DNA of 63,999 nucleotides, filler included, from Diploschistes diacapsis (Eukaryota), in NCBI GenBank assembly GCA_023645945.1. It is 4 parts of 4 records of this genome, joined end to end, with 100 filler letters (N's around TTAATTAATTAA, not from the genome) between each part and the next. Parts side by side here need not be neighbours in the genome. Positions count along the whole stretch, not along the records: positions 33,459 to 50,080 come from JALAIB010000496.1; 3 more parts are not named here. One strand, given 5' to 3'. Under the pieces are notes generated by a model. It was not told where the DNA came from and searched no databases. It saw nothing but the letters and a program-made list of their open reading frames with translations. Shown in pieces: positions 35,982 to 48,737 of this stretch. How positions within the stretch are numbered: the stretch's first letter is position 1; every line of letters starts with the position of its first letter. The translations under genes were made by a program, and so were the position numbers.

Positions 35982-38900
35982 GAGGCGCGAGTGCAGAGAC
36001 AGAGAAGCTCAACCAAGAATTATACGACGTAGATAAAGCTAGACTGCTTGACCATGAAATTGCAGAGATTGGTAAACGGCCAATTCTTGTATTGCGGCAG
36101 GTAGCACTCATTTGACTCATGCTCATGGGCTGATGATGCGGCATATATCAGCGTTGCTGCGCCACAGTGACATAGTTTTCATTTGACTGCTTCGGATACT
36201 CAAAATTTGAATCGCAGGATCAACGCCGGGCTGTTCAATACCTGCTGATCAAAGTCTGAGTACTGAAGCCATGTCTGGAGTTATGTAGACCTTCAACCGT
36301 GGAGCCCATACCTTGGGAACAGGGAGAAGTAAGTGGCCGTTAAGCTCTAGCTCCTTTCTATGAAATTTTATCATGATAAGAAATCAATGTTAGATGTCTA
36401 TTACCTCTGCACGTTACACTCCATTTCCCCAAATCGCGTCGCATTGATCTGTTTTTCTGCGAATTGTTTTGTTTTGGCGCAGCAGGAGCCAAGGTTTCCT
36501 CTTCTGGAACGCCCGGTTCTTGGCGGACTCGGCCCTTTCTCCTCCATCTGTTCATGGCTACCTGCATGATAATTATTCCCTCATACTCCTGTTAGCAGTT
36601 TCATCATTAATCTACCCCCTCTTGTCCCTTCCGACTAGTTCCTCCGTACCATCCTCAGGCCTTCCTGCTCCATTCCCATAATCAATAATTTTTCCCTATG
36701 TCAGGATCTTCTCCTTCGTTTCTGCTCCCTCTAGATGGCGTATATGGCCTACGTTAGGCAAAGGAATCCAGCGTAGACGGGGTATGTGTTCAAGAATCAG
36801 AACCATGCCAATACCATGCGAGGTGTCGTGCTCGCATTATAGACGAGGGCTCGTACTTTGATCTGATAGACGCAAGATGCTAGTTCGGCCCAGGAACGAC
36901 CCAGTAGATGTGGGAGGCGATGGGCCGTCCCTAAAAGGAGGGAAATTCAGACGGGAGCAGTCTTAGGAATGGGAAATTGCGAAATGCATGGCAAGGATGC
37001 GAGAAAAGAGTGGAAGCAAGATATTGAGGAATGTGGGATAGAAGTCACTTAAAAGAGCAAGGATAGAAAGTGACAGGGTATCTTGAAAACTGGGATATGC
37101 TAAAAAAAAGCGGAGAAGATGAAGGAACCATTGAAGCTGGAGAGCAAAAGAGAGGATGATGACTTTGTGAAGGGGGGAAGAAGGGTTGAAAAGGGAAGTT
37201 CGATCAAAATAACGCGCACCTATTCAGTGATGACAGGACATAACGAAGGACGTTAAACGAATGTAACAGAAGTAGAAGTATATTCAAGAGCGACATATCG
37301 AACCAGAAACCAGCCAAAAGCGCCGACAGGAAGAATCGGGTCCAAGAGAAGAGGACAGAAGACGGCAGCGTAGTATACGAGGAAGAAGATAAATCTTTCC
37401 ACAAGGTCAAAGTTTTGCAAGAAGCGAAGAGGTGCGACATGTAAAAACAGTAACAAGAGAGAGCACGGAGAAAACTACCTGCATCGTCCCACAAACCGTT
37501 TTGTCGTCGTTCAGATGCCTCAGCATCGGCACCAGCTCCTCCGGTGGGAACGGTTCCACACGGCATACGTGCTTCTTGTAGAACATGGCCATCGCGTCCG
37601 CGAGACCATCAAGTCGTCCTACTGCTCCACCTCCACGAGCGCCTGCTGTATCCCCGGCGGCAGCTGCTCCGGATAGATACCTCCTTGGAGACTAGCGCAC
37701 TGGCAAGAACGAGCCTTCGCAGGCCATGGGCTCGGCTAGCGGCGAAGGCAGCCCCCAGCATGCCGCCCCAGCTCCGACTTAAACGGTGGAATCCCGGACC
37801 ACCACGTAGATGGAGATTAACTAGTAGGTTATCAAGCTCTGCGATGAAGATGCCCTCCGGCCAGAAGGACTTGGCACCAGCGGCCAGCGGTGGGTGTGAT
37901 GAGGCACAGCGTATCTGGCCGTAGAATACCAGGAGAAGGCTGTAACGATGCCAGAGATTGGCGAAAGGAAGCAGATATTAATGCCCGGCGCCGGAGTCAC
38001 CGTAGACTAACCGCCACGGCAGGAGAGCGAATGGTGAAGTCGCCGATTATTTTGTGATAGGTGACGCAGGGGTAATCGATTGAGACGATTTTGAAGGGGA
38101 TGGTACCCTCTCTAGTACGTATTACAGCCATAGCAGTGATGATGGGAGTGAGGAGGAAAACTAAGGCATCGAGACGAAGATAGGGAAAAGACAGGACAAG
38201 CGAAAGCCGCATGAGGTAAACGAAATTGCTAGCATGAAAAGCAGAACAACCCCGAAGCAACATCCTACCCCATATGCCATGATCGACTGAGCCATGGGAA
38301 ACTTGTAGAAAAAATTGTTCAATGTACATTACTAAGTATCTAAACACAACCCAGTGGGTCTAATGTGGCATGCTTCGTAGCTATCTACAAAGTCTCACAG
38401 TAGCGAACACATACGACTGGGGTACTCCAGAAAACTCATTTGAAAAACTTATAACAGAGTCTTTGGAAGCATTCTGGTCATGTAACGCTCTCTAGCTAGC
38501 TTTACGCTATGGTCTGTTAATAGGGGGACACGCTTTGCAGCCAGATTCACATACACCAACTGTGGGTAGTTGAGTTGAAATATATTATAGGGGATGCATC
38601 GATTGCTGCTTGCAAACTTGAATAGGAAGTGGAGTTATGTCTCTCAAGAGGTCTGATAACTGCTAGCTGCCTCAGACCATCCTCATTCTTGTTCATGAGG
38701 TTACCTATGACATCTCGAAAACAGCACGACGTCGTTCGAGGTTCTCTGTAGGTACGCTTGTTCCAATTTTCCCAACTGCTTTTGTATTGGCTACAGCTTT
38801 TCCATCTGCGACCACAGACCCAGCTATTATTTGTTCAAGTAGAGATAGTCTGTAATGGCACAGAGCACATAGCTTAATCCTTAGACATGCCGGTATCCCT

Positions 38901-39010
38901 AATAGACCAGCATGTGTCTGCAACGACGTTAAAATATATTCGGCCAAGCTATCAGAAACACAAGTAATATCTCGACGTACCTTCCAAAGATGGTATGTCA
39001 AGAACAAGTA

Positions 39011-40703
39011 TTAAAGCCCCCTTTTAGCGAGCATGGACTGAACCCATTCCTCTGCATTTGTGAGTGCATCGTCCACGCTTCTCTTTTTGGTAAGCAGATA
39101 TCCTTGGATCTCCGCTGCGCTGAAAGTGTCAAGTGGTACTACATTCGCGAACTGATCGGCCGCATCTTCGAGTCTAACTTCTCTCCTCTGGTCACCGGGC
39201 ATCCGCGCTGTGGCCTCGAACATGAGCTTGAGCAGATGCCTAAAGTTTTCCTTAGTTGCAAGCCTGGATTCGATAGACAGGTCTACCCGACCAGGTCTTA
39301 TGAGAGCAGGGTCAAGATCTTTGATTGAGTTTGTCGTCAACATTAGAATTCGACCTTCGTTTGAAGCGATCTCATCAATAACGTTCAAGAGTCCGGATAA
39401 AGAGATGTGGCCTTCATCCTGGTGTTGTCGCAGTCCTACACTTTCAGTCGAAGGCGATTCCTGGCTGTTTCCACTGGGGACGCTAGTTCGAATGGAGCTG
39501 CCCCGGTTCTTGAGCCCAGCGACGTCAACATCCTCAGTCACGAGGACGCATTGGCGAGATAGGCGGTTGAACAGAGTCGTAAGTTCTTCATCTGTCAATG
39601 TTGGTTTTGTAAGGATAGAGAAACTACGTCGAGCCGGAATTTCCCGGCGATTGCAAAGCAAAGCGACGTCTTGCCAGTACTAAGAGGCTCTCATGCAGCA
39701 ACTATGATGCATTAGATAGTCAAGTGAGTGGTATGCAAGACTTACATAGCTCGTTCGATACGGAAGGCCCCGGTTCGCATACCATTGTGCCGTTTTTGGC
39801 TGTATATACTCGGCAATGTCGTTGAGAATCATTGATTTTTGCATCTTACCCAAAACAACCGTTTCAAGAGGTCTTGATGGCCAGGATGTTACTGTTGTCC
39901 ATGGATATCAATAATCTTCCCGCGCTTTCTTTGGGCTGGTCTCTTGATATAGGTTTTTGATATAGATTTGGCGTAATGGTGCCCCGCGATGTGCTTGAGT
40001 AGCTCCCGAATTGGTTCGGTCGTGCGGCCCACACAAGATATTGTCATCTCGATAACGTTACCGGATCTGCCACGATCCCAATCGTCAGTCCGCGGTTTCG
40101 ATCTATTGCGGACAAATCGGAACAACCGTCTCTTGCGCCGGAAGTAATGCGACCCTAAGCAAGGCTCGTACTCCACCTCTAGCTTTGCTTACGACTGGCT
40201 TATATTCCCAATCGCCGTCCATGTCGTCGGAGTCGGAGTCGTCGTTAGAATAATCATCTTCGCTGTCGTAGCCTAATCCCCTGTCTGTGGACGCAACGAT
40301 CGTACGTGATTTTCCGCCAATGCCTTGTTCAGCCACCCATTCCATGAACCAGTGATACAGATGAGCGTCCGAATCGAACTCAACATGAAATATAGTCCTG
40401 CGCTTCGCTTAGGAATCATGCTCCATCCTGCAAGAGCGCCCAAACTCTGATCCCAAAGGTATATAACCGACCGCACCACAACCCAAACCACCGGAGGAAC
40501 CGACACTATCAGTGTCACATCAAAGCCAACGCCTCTATAAGAAATCTTGACACTGTGCCATACCCTGATACAAAGGCTGCTAGTAAGAGCGGCGAGATTT
40601 TAGGAATCGCTGATGTCGAATTCGTCGATACGTATGTTGCGTTCTTCAGCGAGAAGTTCTCACGGAAATCTAAAGAAGTAGCATGATTCCACAGCTTATT
40701 CAT
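39011..40703 (-). pseudogene. BCS1-like AAA ATPase, disrupted
   Basis: Fragments across frames: YEPCLGSHYF, MTISCVGRTTEPIRELL, SRPLETVVL, WYANRGLPYR, eroded Walker A (PLSTGKTS), VTEDVD, ISLSGLLNVID and LDPALIRPGRVD. Several frameshifts. Confidence 0.85.
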
Positions 40704-40899
40704 TGCTATAAACCATAGCGCCACCCAGGAGTCCTTCAAATGCCTCACTTCAATGTGAAAACTTCACAACATCCATCCCAACTCCGACTCTTTTTTTCGT
40801 AAGCACTAGTAGAGCTCCGTCGACCCTTCTTAAGGGGTTTTAATGGAAGTCGGGGCCAAAAGACGATATCAAGAATTGAATAAATATAAGATTGTGACT

Positions 40900-41250
40900 C
40901 TTAACCAGCTGTCCGAAGTAGTTTCCTCCCAAACCAAGCCTAACAAAGATAGGTTTGAAGTACTCCTAAAGCAAGCCGCATTACCTGCCGCTGGTGGCTG
41001 GCGGGTCTCCACGGTGACTTCTGTATTCTTCAACACCCTTTGGGAGGCGAACCTTCGTCCCGCACGTGTTCGATGCTGGGTAGTCGTCTAGTCCGTGGCC
41101 AACCAATAACAGAATCAATGGAAGTGCAGGATCAGTCGCAAAGAGTCCCACTTGCCTATATCTCTCAATAACGTGACTCACTTAGAAAAGTGGAACTTGC
41201 AAGCGATGGAGCTTATCATTGACGTGGGTGCTGCCAAATAACTTGAGAAA
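40900..41250 (+). pseudogene. Possible relic of an MDR (zinc-binding/quinone oxidoreductase) gene
   Basis: Fragments KP..FE..QAALPAAG, INGSAGSVA and MELIIDVGA occur in the expected order but in different frames with stops. Confidence 0.3.
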
Positions 41251-41649
41251 ATATGCATATTAGTTGCCAGCCCTACAGAGCTTGTATGAAGAAGAGTGTA
41301 GAGTGTGCGGCGTAGGTGGTGCTCCCGAGCTAAACGGGTGCCCCTTGTTGACCCAGAAATTAGTCTTGATTACCCTCGTACACATCAGCCTGTGGTGTTC
41401 CTTCATTTGTCAAGGCTTTGCTCAAGGCAAATTGTCGGCAAGAATGCTTCGGAACATCTCCTGTAAAAAGACGACGGAGGAGAATGGTAGCGAAATCAAT
41501 CCTCTGTACCACGACACGTGATAGCGCTTACCGTAGGAGAATTTTACTAGCCGTAAGGGGACTAGCAATTATCCTCATTCAAACCTTTCCGATTTCCTAT
41601 CGCGATCAGAAACAGCTTCAGCTTACTTTATCGCCAGCGGCGAGCTAAG

Positions 41650-42603
41650 ATGTCTGCCAAATCGTCTCGATCATGCCTTGACTCATTAGCATACACCAGT
41701 CTCTTACGAAGAACAGCCCGCAGTCAATGCTTGAAGAGAGCATCAGATGCAGGGCCGCTACATACTGCACATCATTTTGCAACCTCCTCTCGCCGCCTCA
41801 GATCTAGTCAACTGAGTCAAGCGAAAGAGGTTTCTAAAGCAGGTGCTCAGTCAGGCTCCGTTCCTCCGCAGGGCACAAGACCGCGCTGGTCTTATACCCC
41901 CGACCGCATGGTGGCTCCATTCACACTCAAGGATCGAAAGCCCGAGAACGCATGGGCTGTGAACGAAAGCCAGGAAAAGTTGGATGCTTACTACAAACGG
42001 TTATTAGGAGAAGGGGGGGATAAGCTTCTTACTGATGAAGTTAAATGGCTGGCTATTACCCACAAGAGCTTCGATCAAGGGCGCAGAGGATACAATGACC
42101 GCCTTGCGTTTCTGGGTAAGAACTTGATTGCATCGGCAGCGATATGCCTTTGCTTACAGCGTCTGACAGGAAAGCGAATCATGAATCTACAAACGTCCCT
42201 ATATCTACTAAATCGAACCGATGGCGTGTTCCTCGACCCGCCAGACGATTACAAACGAGAGCCTTTTAGGCATCCGGGGGTTGACCTACTTTCCAGACTA
42301 AACGAGGAAAGCAAGCATAGCCTGACTCATAGACCGCGAATTGCGACCTTCGCCCAGAATTCTGGGCTTCTAAGCGTTTTACGATGGCGGCCAAGGCATG
42401 TCAGTATGGCACCGAAGCTGCATTATTGCCATACTCCAGAACTGACTATATACTAGCCTCGAAATCTTCATGGCTCTGGACTAGACCAAGCGCTTTCACA
42501 AGCATTGTATGCCATTATTGGAGCTATCGCGCTCCAGCGAGGTGGTGAAGTGGCAGTAAGGACCGTCAGGGACAGAATATTTGCTCAAATGGATATGTCT
42601 TGA
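41650..42603 (+). CDS. MRPL15: Mitochondrial large ribosomal subunit protein mL57 (RNase III-like fold)
   Basis: Exons 41650-42115, 42170-42399 and 42457-42603. Arg/Ser-rich presequence, VKWLAITHKSFDQGRRGYNDRLAFLG and ALYAIIGAIALQRGG. Confidence 0.88.
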
Positions 42604-43254
42604 AGATGAGTTTGTGTGGATATATTATTTAGCATAGCATAGCATAGCGACTTGATCTCCCAACAAACTCTACGGGACCAGTGTAAAACTTGTATAGTCT
42701 CTATACCCAAAGCTCCTAGTTTGAAGCAATGGCATCACAATAAAAGAATACTACTAGATCAACGGGCTTGAATATCTGGTCCATCTGACACCGCCCGAGC
42801 AACGTGAGGAAAGTACTCGGCCAGCTCTTAATTGACCATCGTATGTTGGTCTCCGCAGCCAGAAAATCGCAAGATTCAGCAATTGAGATGCCAATGATAG
42901 TCACAGCAGAATGCCGGACTAGTCGTGGCTCTATTGACTTGCACTGTCTACAAGGCGCGTGTTGATGTGAAGAAATTGAAGAAAGCTTCGAAATTTTAAA
43001 AGATCGCATCCCGCAGCATTTTCGCGCTAAGCCCGATTGGCTGGTGGGAAGATGGTCACTGGCAGTTAGGCGTGAGGCCCGCCGTTCCTATTAGCCAGTC
43101 AGTCTAGATATATCGCCAGCAGCAACGGTGATCTGTAGCATCGGATCTACCTCGCAAGTGTCTGCAGTGCGGGTACTTCAGCATGACTCGAATAGGATAA
43201 ATCGACTACCATTTCTCCTCCTCCGCCCGAACCTACCTCTACCTCCCAGCCAAC

Positions 43255-45117
43255 ATGGCTTCCGCCCTCTTCTTCCTCGATTTGAAGGGCAAGGTAAGCA
43301 GCATTCTATTACTTTCGTCGAAAACCAGATTACTTATAAGGCCACAGACCCTTCTTGCCCGCAACTATCGGGGAGACATACCCATGTCAGCCGTCGAGAA
43401 ATTCCCCATCTTGTTGAGTGAGGCCGAAGAAGAAAGCTCCGCAGTGCCCCCATGTTTCTCAGACGAAGGTATAAATGTAAGTTATGTCATTGATATGCCC
43501 CCTTGAAGCTATCTCAGTTGCGTCTGAAAAGCTCATTGCAGCCTGCAGTACCTCTACATCCGCCACTCTAACCTCTACCTCCTCGCACTTACCAAGCGGA
43601 ATACCAATGCCGCTGAGATCCTGCTGTTCCTACACAAAATTGTCGAGGTCTTTACAGAGTATTTCAAAGAGCTAGAGGAGGAATCCATCCGGGACAACTT
43701 CGTCATCATCTACGAGCTGCTCGATGAGATGATGGACTTTGGCTACCCACAAACCACAGAGACGAAGATATTACAAGAGTACATTACGCAGGAATCGCAC
43801 AAGCTGGAAGTACAAGCGCGGCCGCCAATAGCTGTCACAAATGCCGTGTCATGGCGCAGCGAGGGTATACGATATCGCAAGAACGAAGTCTTTCTCGACG
43901 TAGTCGAGTCTCTCAACCTGCTTGTCTCTGCTTCCGGCAACGTGCTACGCTCCGAGATCCTTGGGGCCATCAAGATGAAGTGCTATTTATCTGGTATGCC
44001 CGAGCTACGGCTGGGGCTTAACGACAAAGCTATGTTCGAAACTACTGGGCGAGCGACGAGAGGCAAGGCAGTCGAGATGGAGGATGTCAAATTTCACCAA
44101 TGCGTCCGGCTATCGCGCTTCGAGAACGATCGGACAATATCTTTCATTCCGCCCGACGGTGAATTCGAGCTCATGAGCTACCGGCTAAATACCCAAGTCA
44201 AGCCCCTGATATGGGTCGAGAGCGACGTCCGAAGTCATTCGGGCAGCCGCATCGAGTATGTGCTCAAGGCGCGTGCGCAGTTCAAGCGTCGAAGCACTGC
44301 GAACAACGTCGAGATCATGGTGCCCGTGCCGTCAGATGCGGATACGCCGCGCTTCCGCACAAGCATTGGCAGCGTGCACTATGCGCCAGAGAAAAGCGCG
44401 ATAGTGTGGAAGATAAAACAGTTTGGCGGCGGCAAAGAATTCGTCATGCGCGCGGAGCTAGGTCTGCCTAGCGTCAAAGGCGACGACGAGCACGGCGGAG
44501 GCATGACGGGCGGCTTTGGAGGGAGCATGGGCGGCATAGGTGGTGGCAAAGGCAAAAGGCCCGTACAGGTCAAGTTCGAGATTCCCTACTTTACGACGAG
44601 TGGTATTCAGGTGCGCTATCTGAAGATTATAGAGCCAAAGGTACGTGCGTTTCCCTTTTTTGGTTTCTGTTTCTGGCCGTCCCCGCCCGGCTTTTCCAAA
44701 CTCGACTTCCGGTCTCTCCGATCGATCTATCTCACTTTTCGCTCTTTGGCGCCACCCCTGATTCAGCAACACGTGGGAAACGCCACATAACTCGTGGTGA
44801 GGAGAACGCCAAGTTCAGGATCTGAGGTGGTGGGCGGCTACGGCCCGCCTCTTTTGCATGGGCCCTGCCAGAGCTTCGCCTTGCATAGGGTAAAGCACTC
44901 GAGCGTCAGCCAAATGTCGCTCGAGCAATCTCGACCATGATCCTGGGTTTCTTCTGCACAACAAGATGCTGCAAGTCCCTTGTTTGGCGTGGCGCGCGCT
45001 CGGCTCCTTATGGATATGCTAACTCCTCTTTCGTAGTTGCAATACCCAAGCTTACCGTGGGTGCGATACATAACACAGTCTGGTGATATTGCGGTAAGGT
45101 TACCTGACGTGCAGTGA
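43255..45117 (+). CDS. APM1: AP-1 adaptor complex mu subunit
   Basis: MASALFFLDLKGK, LEEESIRDNFVIIYELLDEMMDFGYPQTTE and SFIPPDGEFELMSY. The last exon 45037-45117 (LQYPSLPWVRYITQSGDIAVRLPDVQ*) follows a 396-nt intron, 44641-45036. Confidence 0.96.
44750..44832 (+). ncRNA. Candidate intronic box C/D snoRNA (no target identified)
   Basis: 7-bp terminal stem CGCCACC/GGTGGTG, degenerate C box CTGATTC (44758), C'-like GTGAGGA (44797) and D box CTGA (44822-25), inside the oversized APM1 intron. Confidence 0.4.
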
Positions 45118-45758
45118 AGACAATAGGTGGTCGTTCAGAACAACTTCCGTGTCCGAAAAGGATATCCATGAAATGAGACGCCACAAAGCGATGCCAGACG
45201 GCTTCACGACTCGCCAGTCTTGCGGACTGTGTGGTTTAGGTTCGGGAAGCCACGTTTGCGTGGCAATTTTGCGTGCAAATGCCTCTGGTTTCACGGCTTG
45301 AGCTAGAAACAATAGAGCAGATGCGTGGTATTTAAAGCAGAGCTAGCACGAGAATAGCATAGCAGAGCAATCGAGGCAGCAATTAACAGCTCTAAACTTA
45401 AGCATCATGCAGTGAAATGACCATTCGTACCCTCCTGGGCACCAACCCCATGCTTGCGGCAGGCGAACGCCGCAGCTGCTCATGCGCGCTTTCCTTGCGC
45501 ACTCCTCCAAGGGAACGAACACCTTAACATTTGGCGTGTAGAAATATCTGCTCACCCAGAATTATACTCGCCGGGATGGCATTAGGCTGGGGAGGTCAGC
45601 AACCTGTGCCAGATATGAGACAGAAAAAGCCCATGGCGTAGAATGGGGGCTTGGCGGTCATGTTGTGGCTGGCTGGCTGGACATCTAGGTCCAGAAAATC
45701 AACGTAGGAGACAAGCTAGACCAACAGATCATTCAAGTCGACCAGTGAGTTACTTTCA

Positions 45759-46773
45759 TCACAGGCCGAATATGGGTCCGAATTCTCCATCTTCAAGGCG
45801 TCGAAGATGCTGTCTTGTTGTAGATGGATTGTTCGGATCAAGCCATACCGTGACGACCAAGCCTCTCTCACGGGTTCCTATCAGTAATCAGTACATTCAC
45901 ATGTTGAATGAACCACTTTTGATAGACTCACTATCATGCGGTAGATTGTGAGTATTCCATCGATTGGGCTTTATGCAATTCCTAAGGATGTTCCCCACCG
46001 AACTTCCAACACAGGTCAGAGACGCAAGGGCAATTATTAAGGGCAGTCTTCCAATCAGTCCGGCATGTCTGGAGCCTGAGTAGGGGATGTCAGCATTTGG
46101 TCCCCAATGATACTGCTGTGGGAACAGCTGATGAATCCAGGTTAATCTGGTCGTCGGTGCTCCCAGCGCAAGCTGCACGTATTCGCCAGGTGCATCAAGG
46201 TAGGAATACACAGAGCCAGGGATAGTCACGTGATGGAACCCTATCTCCCGCCACTCTGTAATATCAGAGTTTGAAACGTCCATTCTGCGGGCATCAAAGT
46301 TAACAGCCAAGATACTTGCGTTGTTCTCCCGGACGAACACGGTAAATGTGCTGTAGGACAACGGATTGGAGCCCCGATTGTTTAGCTCCGAAGCCCTGGG
46401 GTAGGTCCCTGGGTTGATCTCTGTGACTATGCCACCAGCGCATCGGTAGATGGGAACATTTATAGTGTCCTGTGCCCTGGGCCGAAAATCACCTCTCTGG
46501 TTTGGTGGTAGCCAGAGGGGCGCAGAGGTTGAGTGGGTGTATCTCGGTGCATGATGGTCGTAGTTTGGTCTGATTTCGCAGACGGAAAATAGGTAGCTTA
46601 AAGAAGTGGGAAAGGTGGTGGAACTTCCACCGCTGCTGGAGCTCTTCCGAAACGGTTAGTGTAAGCAGCGCACATGTCACGTGACAAGTTTTCCTTGATA
46701 TGAACCGCTGAGGGGTGATAGGTAATTGCTAACTGAGGTGTCAAGTGTTTCAACTTACTGGGAAATAGGACAT
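45759..46773 (-). CDS. Conserved-looking fungal hypothetical protein (multi-exon)
   Basis: A 15-nt first exon MSYFP with GTAAGT donor, then ACTAAC branch and acceptor at 46644. A long open exon follows (SYLFSVCEIRP...AGLIGRLPLIIALAS). Last exon GLVVTVWLDPNNP...LEDGEFGPIFGL*. Confidence 0.7.
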
Positions 46774-48737
46774 AATTTCCTTCTATACAGCGGCTCACGC
46801 AGCCAGTAACTTCTTGAGACTTCGGTTCAACCGCTTTCTTCGACATTGGACTCGTTTCCTCGTCTTCATCTTGGCCGACTTTATATCTTTCAATCTCAAT
46901 GCTCCACAGCAGAGCCGCATAATTTTCTTATTGGAGGACTTTGCGGGTCTGTCCTCATTTCTCGCATCACGCGCGAGCTTAGGAGTGCACTTTTGCATGA
47001 TAGGACCGAATGACACAGGTATTGGCTCGTCTGGTCCGGACTGTGGCAGATCATTGAGCTAGAGTGAAACCCAAAGCTGCAGATGACAAGTCTTTAGCAC
47101 GGCTCCTCAGAGTTAGAGACGAGCGTGCTCGTACGGAGAATGGCCTGCCATTGGACGTTTTGGGATGGAGGTGTGGTTTCTTGGGACTAGCCAGTTTTCT
47201 TCGACAACGATGTCCCTCCCGTAGGGGGATACTGCAGCCACGTCGTTTGCAAAACCCCCGTTCTAAGATGAATGGGGGACGGATAAGGTTGTTGCCAATT
47301 TGAGTCTAGTGACCTAGCTCTGCAATAGCTTGTAGTAAAGGTGTCCCGTAATTGCGCGAGAGAGCCCAAGTCTCTTTGTTCTTCGGTGTGCTGCGTAACA
47401 GTCGGTCAACAAAAACGCACTATAGCTGCCGTCACATTGATCCAATCGAGGTGTTATCGCTCCTCCCTTGAATATGAAGACTCGGTCGACATATCACAGT
47501 TCACGCCAAAGGAAATAATTGAGAACTCTTGACGAAACAAAGATGATCCGATGGCCCTTTTTCTTGATGACACAATGTGGAGTTGGCTGGGTACCCAAAC
47601 GGTAGGCCGGACCCCTGCAGCAGAGCCGCATTGTCTTATCAGCCAGCCTTGTGCGAGTTATAAGCGGACTGCCAGCTCCTTTCGACGAAATTTCTCTTGT
47701 CTTTTGGTGAAGACATCCAAGATTCTGGGAAGAGGCAAAAGCTTTTGGGAAGACGCTAACCGAGACTGAGAAGAAGGGGAGTTTCGCTGTCTTATATGCA
47801 TTGAGGAGCCATTGGCATTACTCACCGCCTTGTTTGCCTTAAAACCCGGGCGTCGTGCTGTACCTTGTATCGACCAATGCAAAGCAACACAGCATGCGGG
47901 AAGATCAGGAAAGACTGTGCAAATCATAGGTAAGCCGTCAGCGTTCGTGCCGATTCCTCGGTGTCATTCACTCCATAAACATTTCGAACCATAGTTTGAG
48001 CACAAGGTCATCTCGGTTAGGCTGACCAAGTGCATAGTCCACCTCCGTTACGAGTAAGCAATCCGATTGGTTTTGAGGCGAATCGATTCGTTCTTCTTGA
48101 TGCTCGTTTCGTATCCCAGTGACCCAGGGCATTTGGAAACCGTCAGCTGAAAAGGGCAGGCACATCCTTGAGAAAGAAAAATTGTCTCCTGAGAGAGCGA
48201 ACAAGACTGCGCGAAGAGTGAATGGCTCAACATTCACTACTGCTTCAAAAAGGCAGGGCAACGGCGGATGACCCATCGCCTTGGGTAGTTCCTGCTTAGG
48301 TTCCAGACCTGTATGGCCATTGCTCGACATCTTTATCTCGCATTTGCTCAAGAACATACACAGCGTACTGATCACCAAATGGCAATTAAAGAAAGAGAAT
48401 GCCGAGGCTGCCAGGGAACTTGTAGCTGATTGATGAGTCGGTATGTCTTTCTTTGTTAGCCGCTTGGTCTTCTTACAGTCTCTATTTAAACGCCTGCTGC
48501 GAGGATATCAAGCAAGAGAAAAGGCAGATGAGGACTTCAGCAAGAATATATATGCAATGGTGTTCCAAGACAAAATCATACACAACACGTCCATACCAAA
48601 ACAGGAGGCAAACCTTGGCCGTGCAAGTCAAGGAGCGGATCGCCAATGAACGTCTTTCATGATGACGACTATACAACCTTGGGACGAATGACGAATGACG
48701 AAAACGAGGATCTTGGAGGGAACATTGAGATGGCTTT

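Noticed and set aside
42116..42169. In-frame insertion in MRPL15
   Set aside because: It is an ordinary 54-nt stop-free GT-AG intron.
44765..44785. CAACACGTGGGAAAC resembling 18S rRNA sequence, or a TPP riboswitch in the APM1 intron
   Set aside because: The similarity is short and in sense orientation. TPP aptamer core motifs are absent and the host gene is unrelated to thiamine.
46795..48400. Chain of minus-strand ORF fragments
   Set aside because: Possibly a decayed gene, but there are no motifs to anchor a call.
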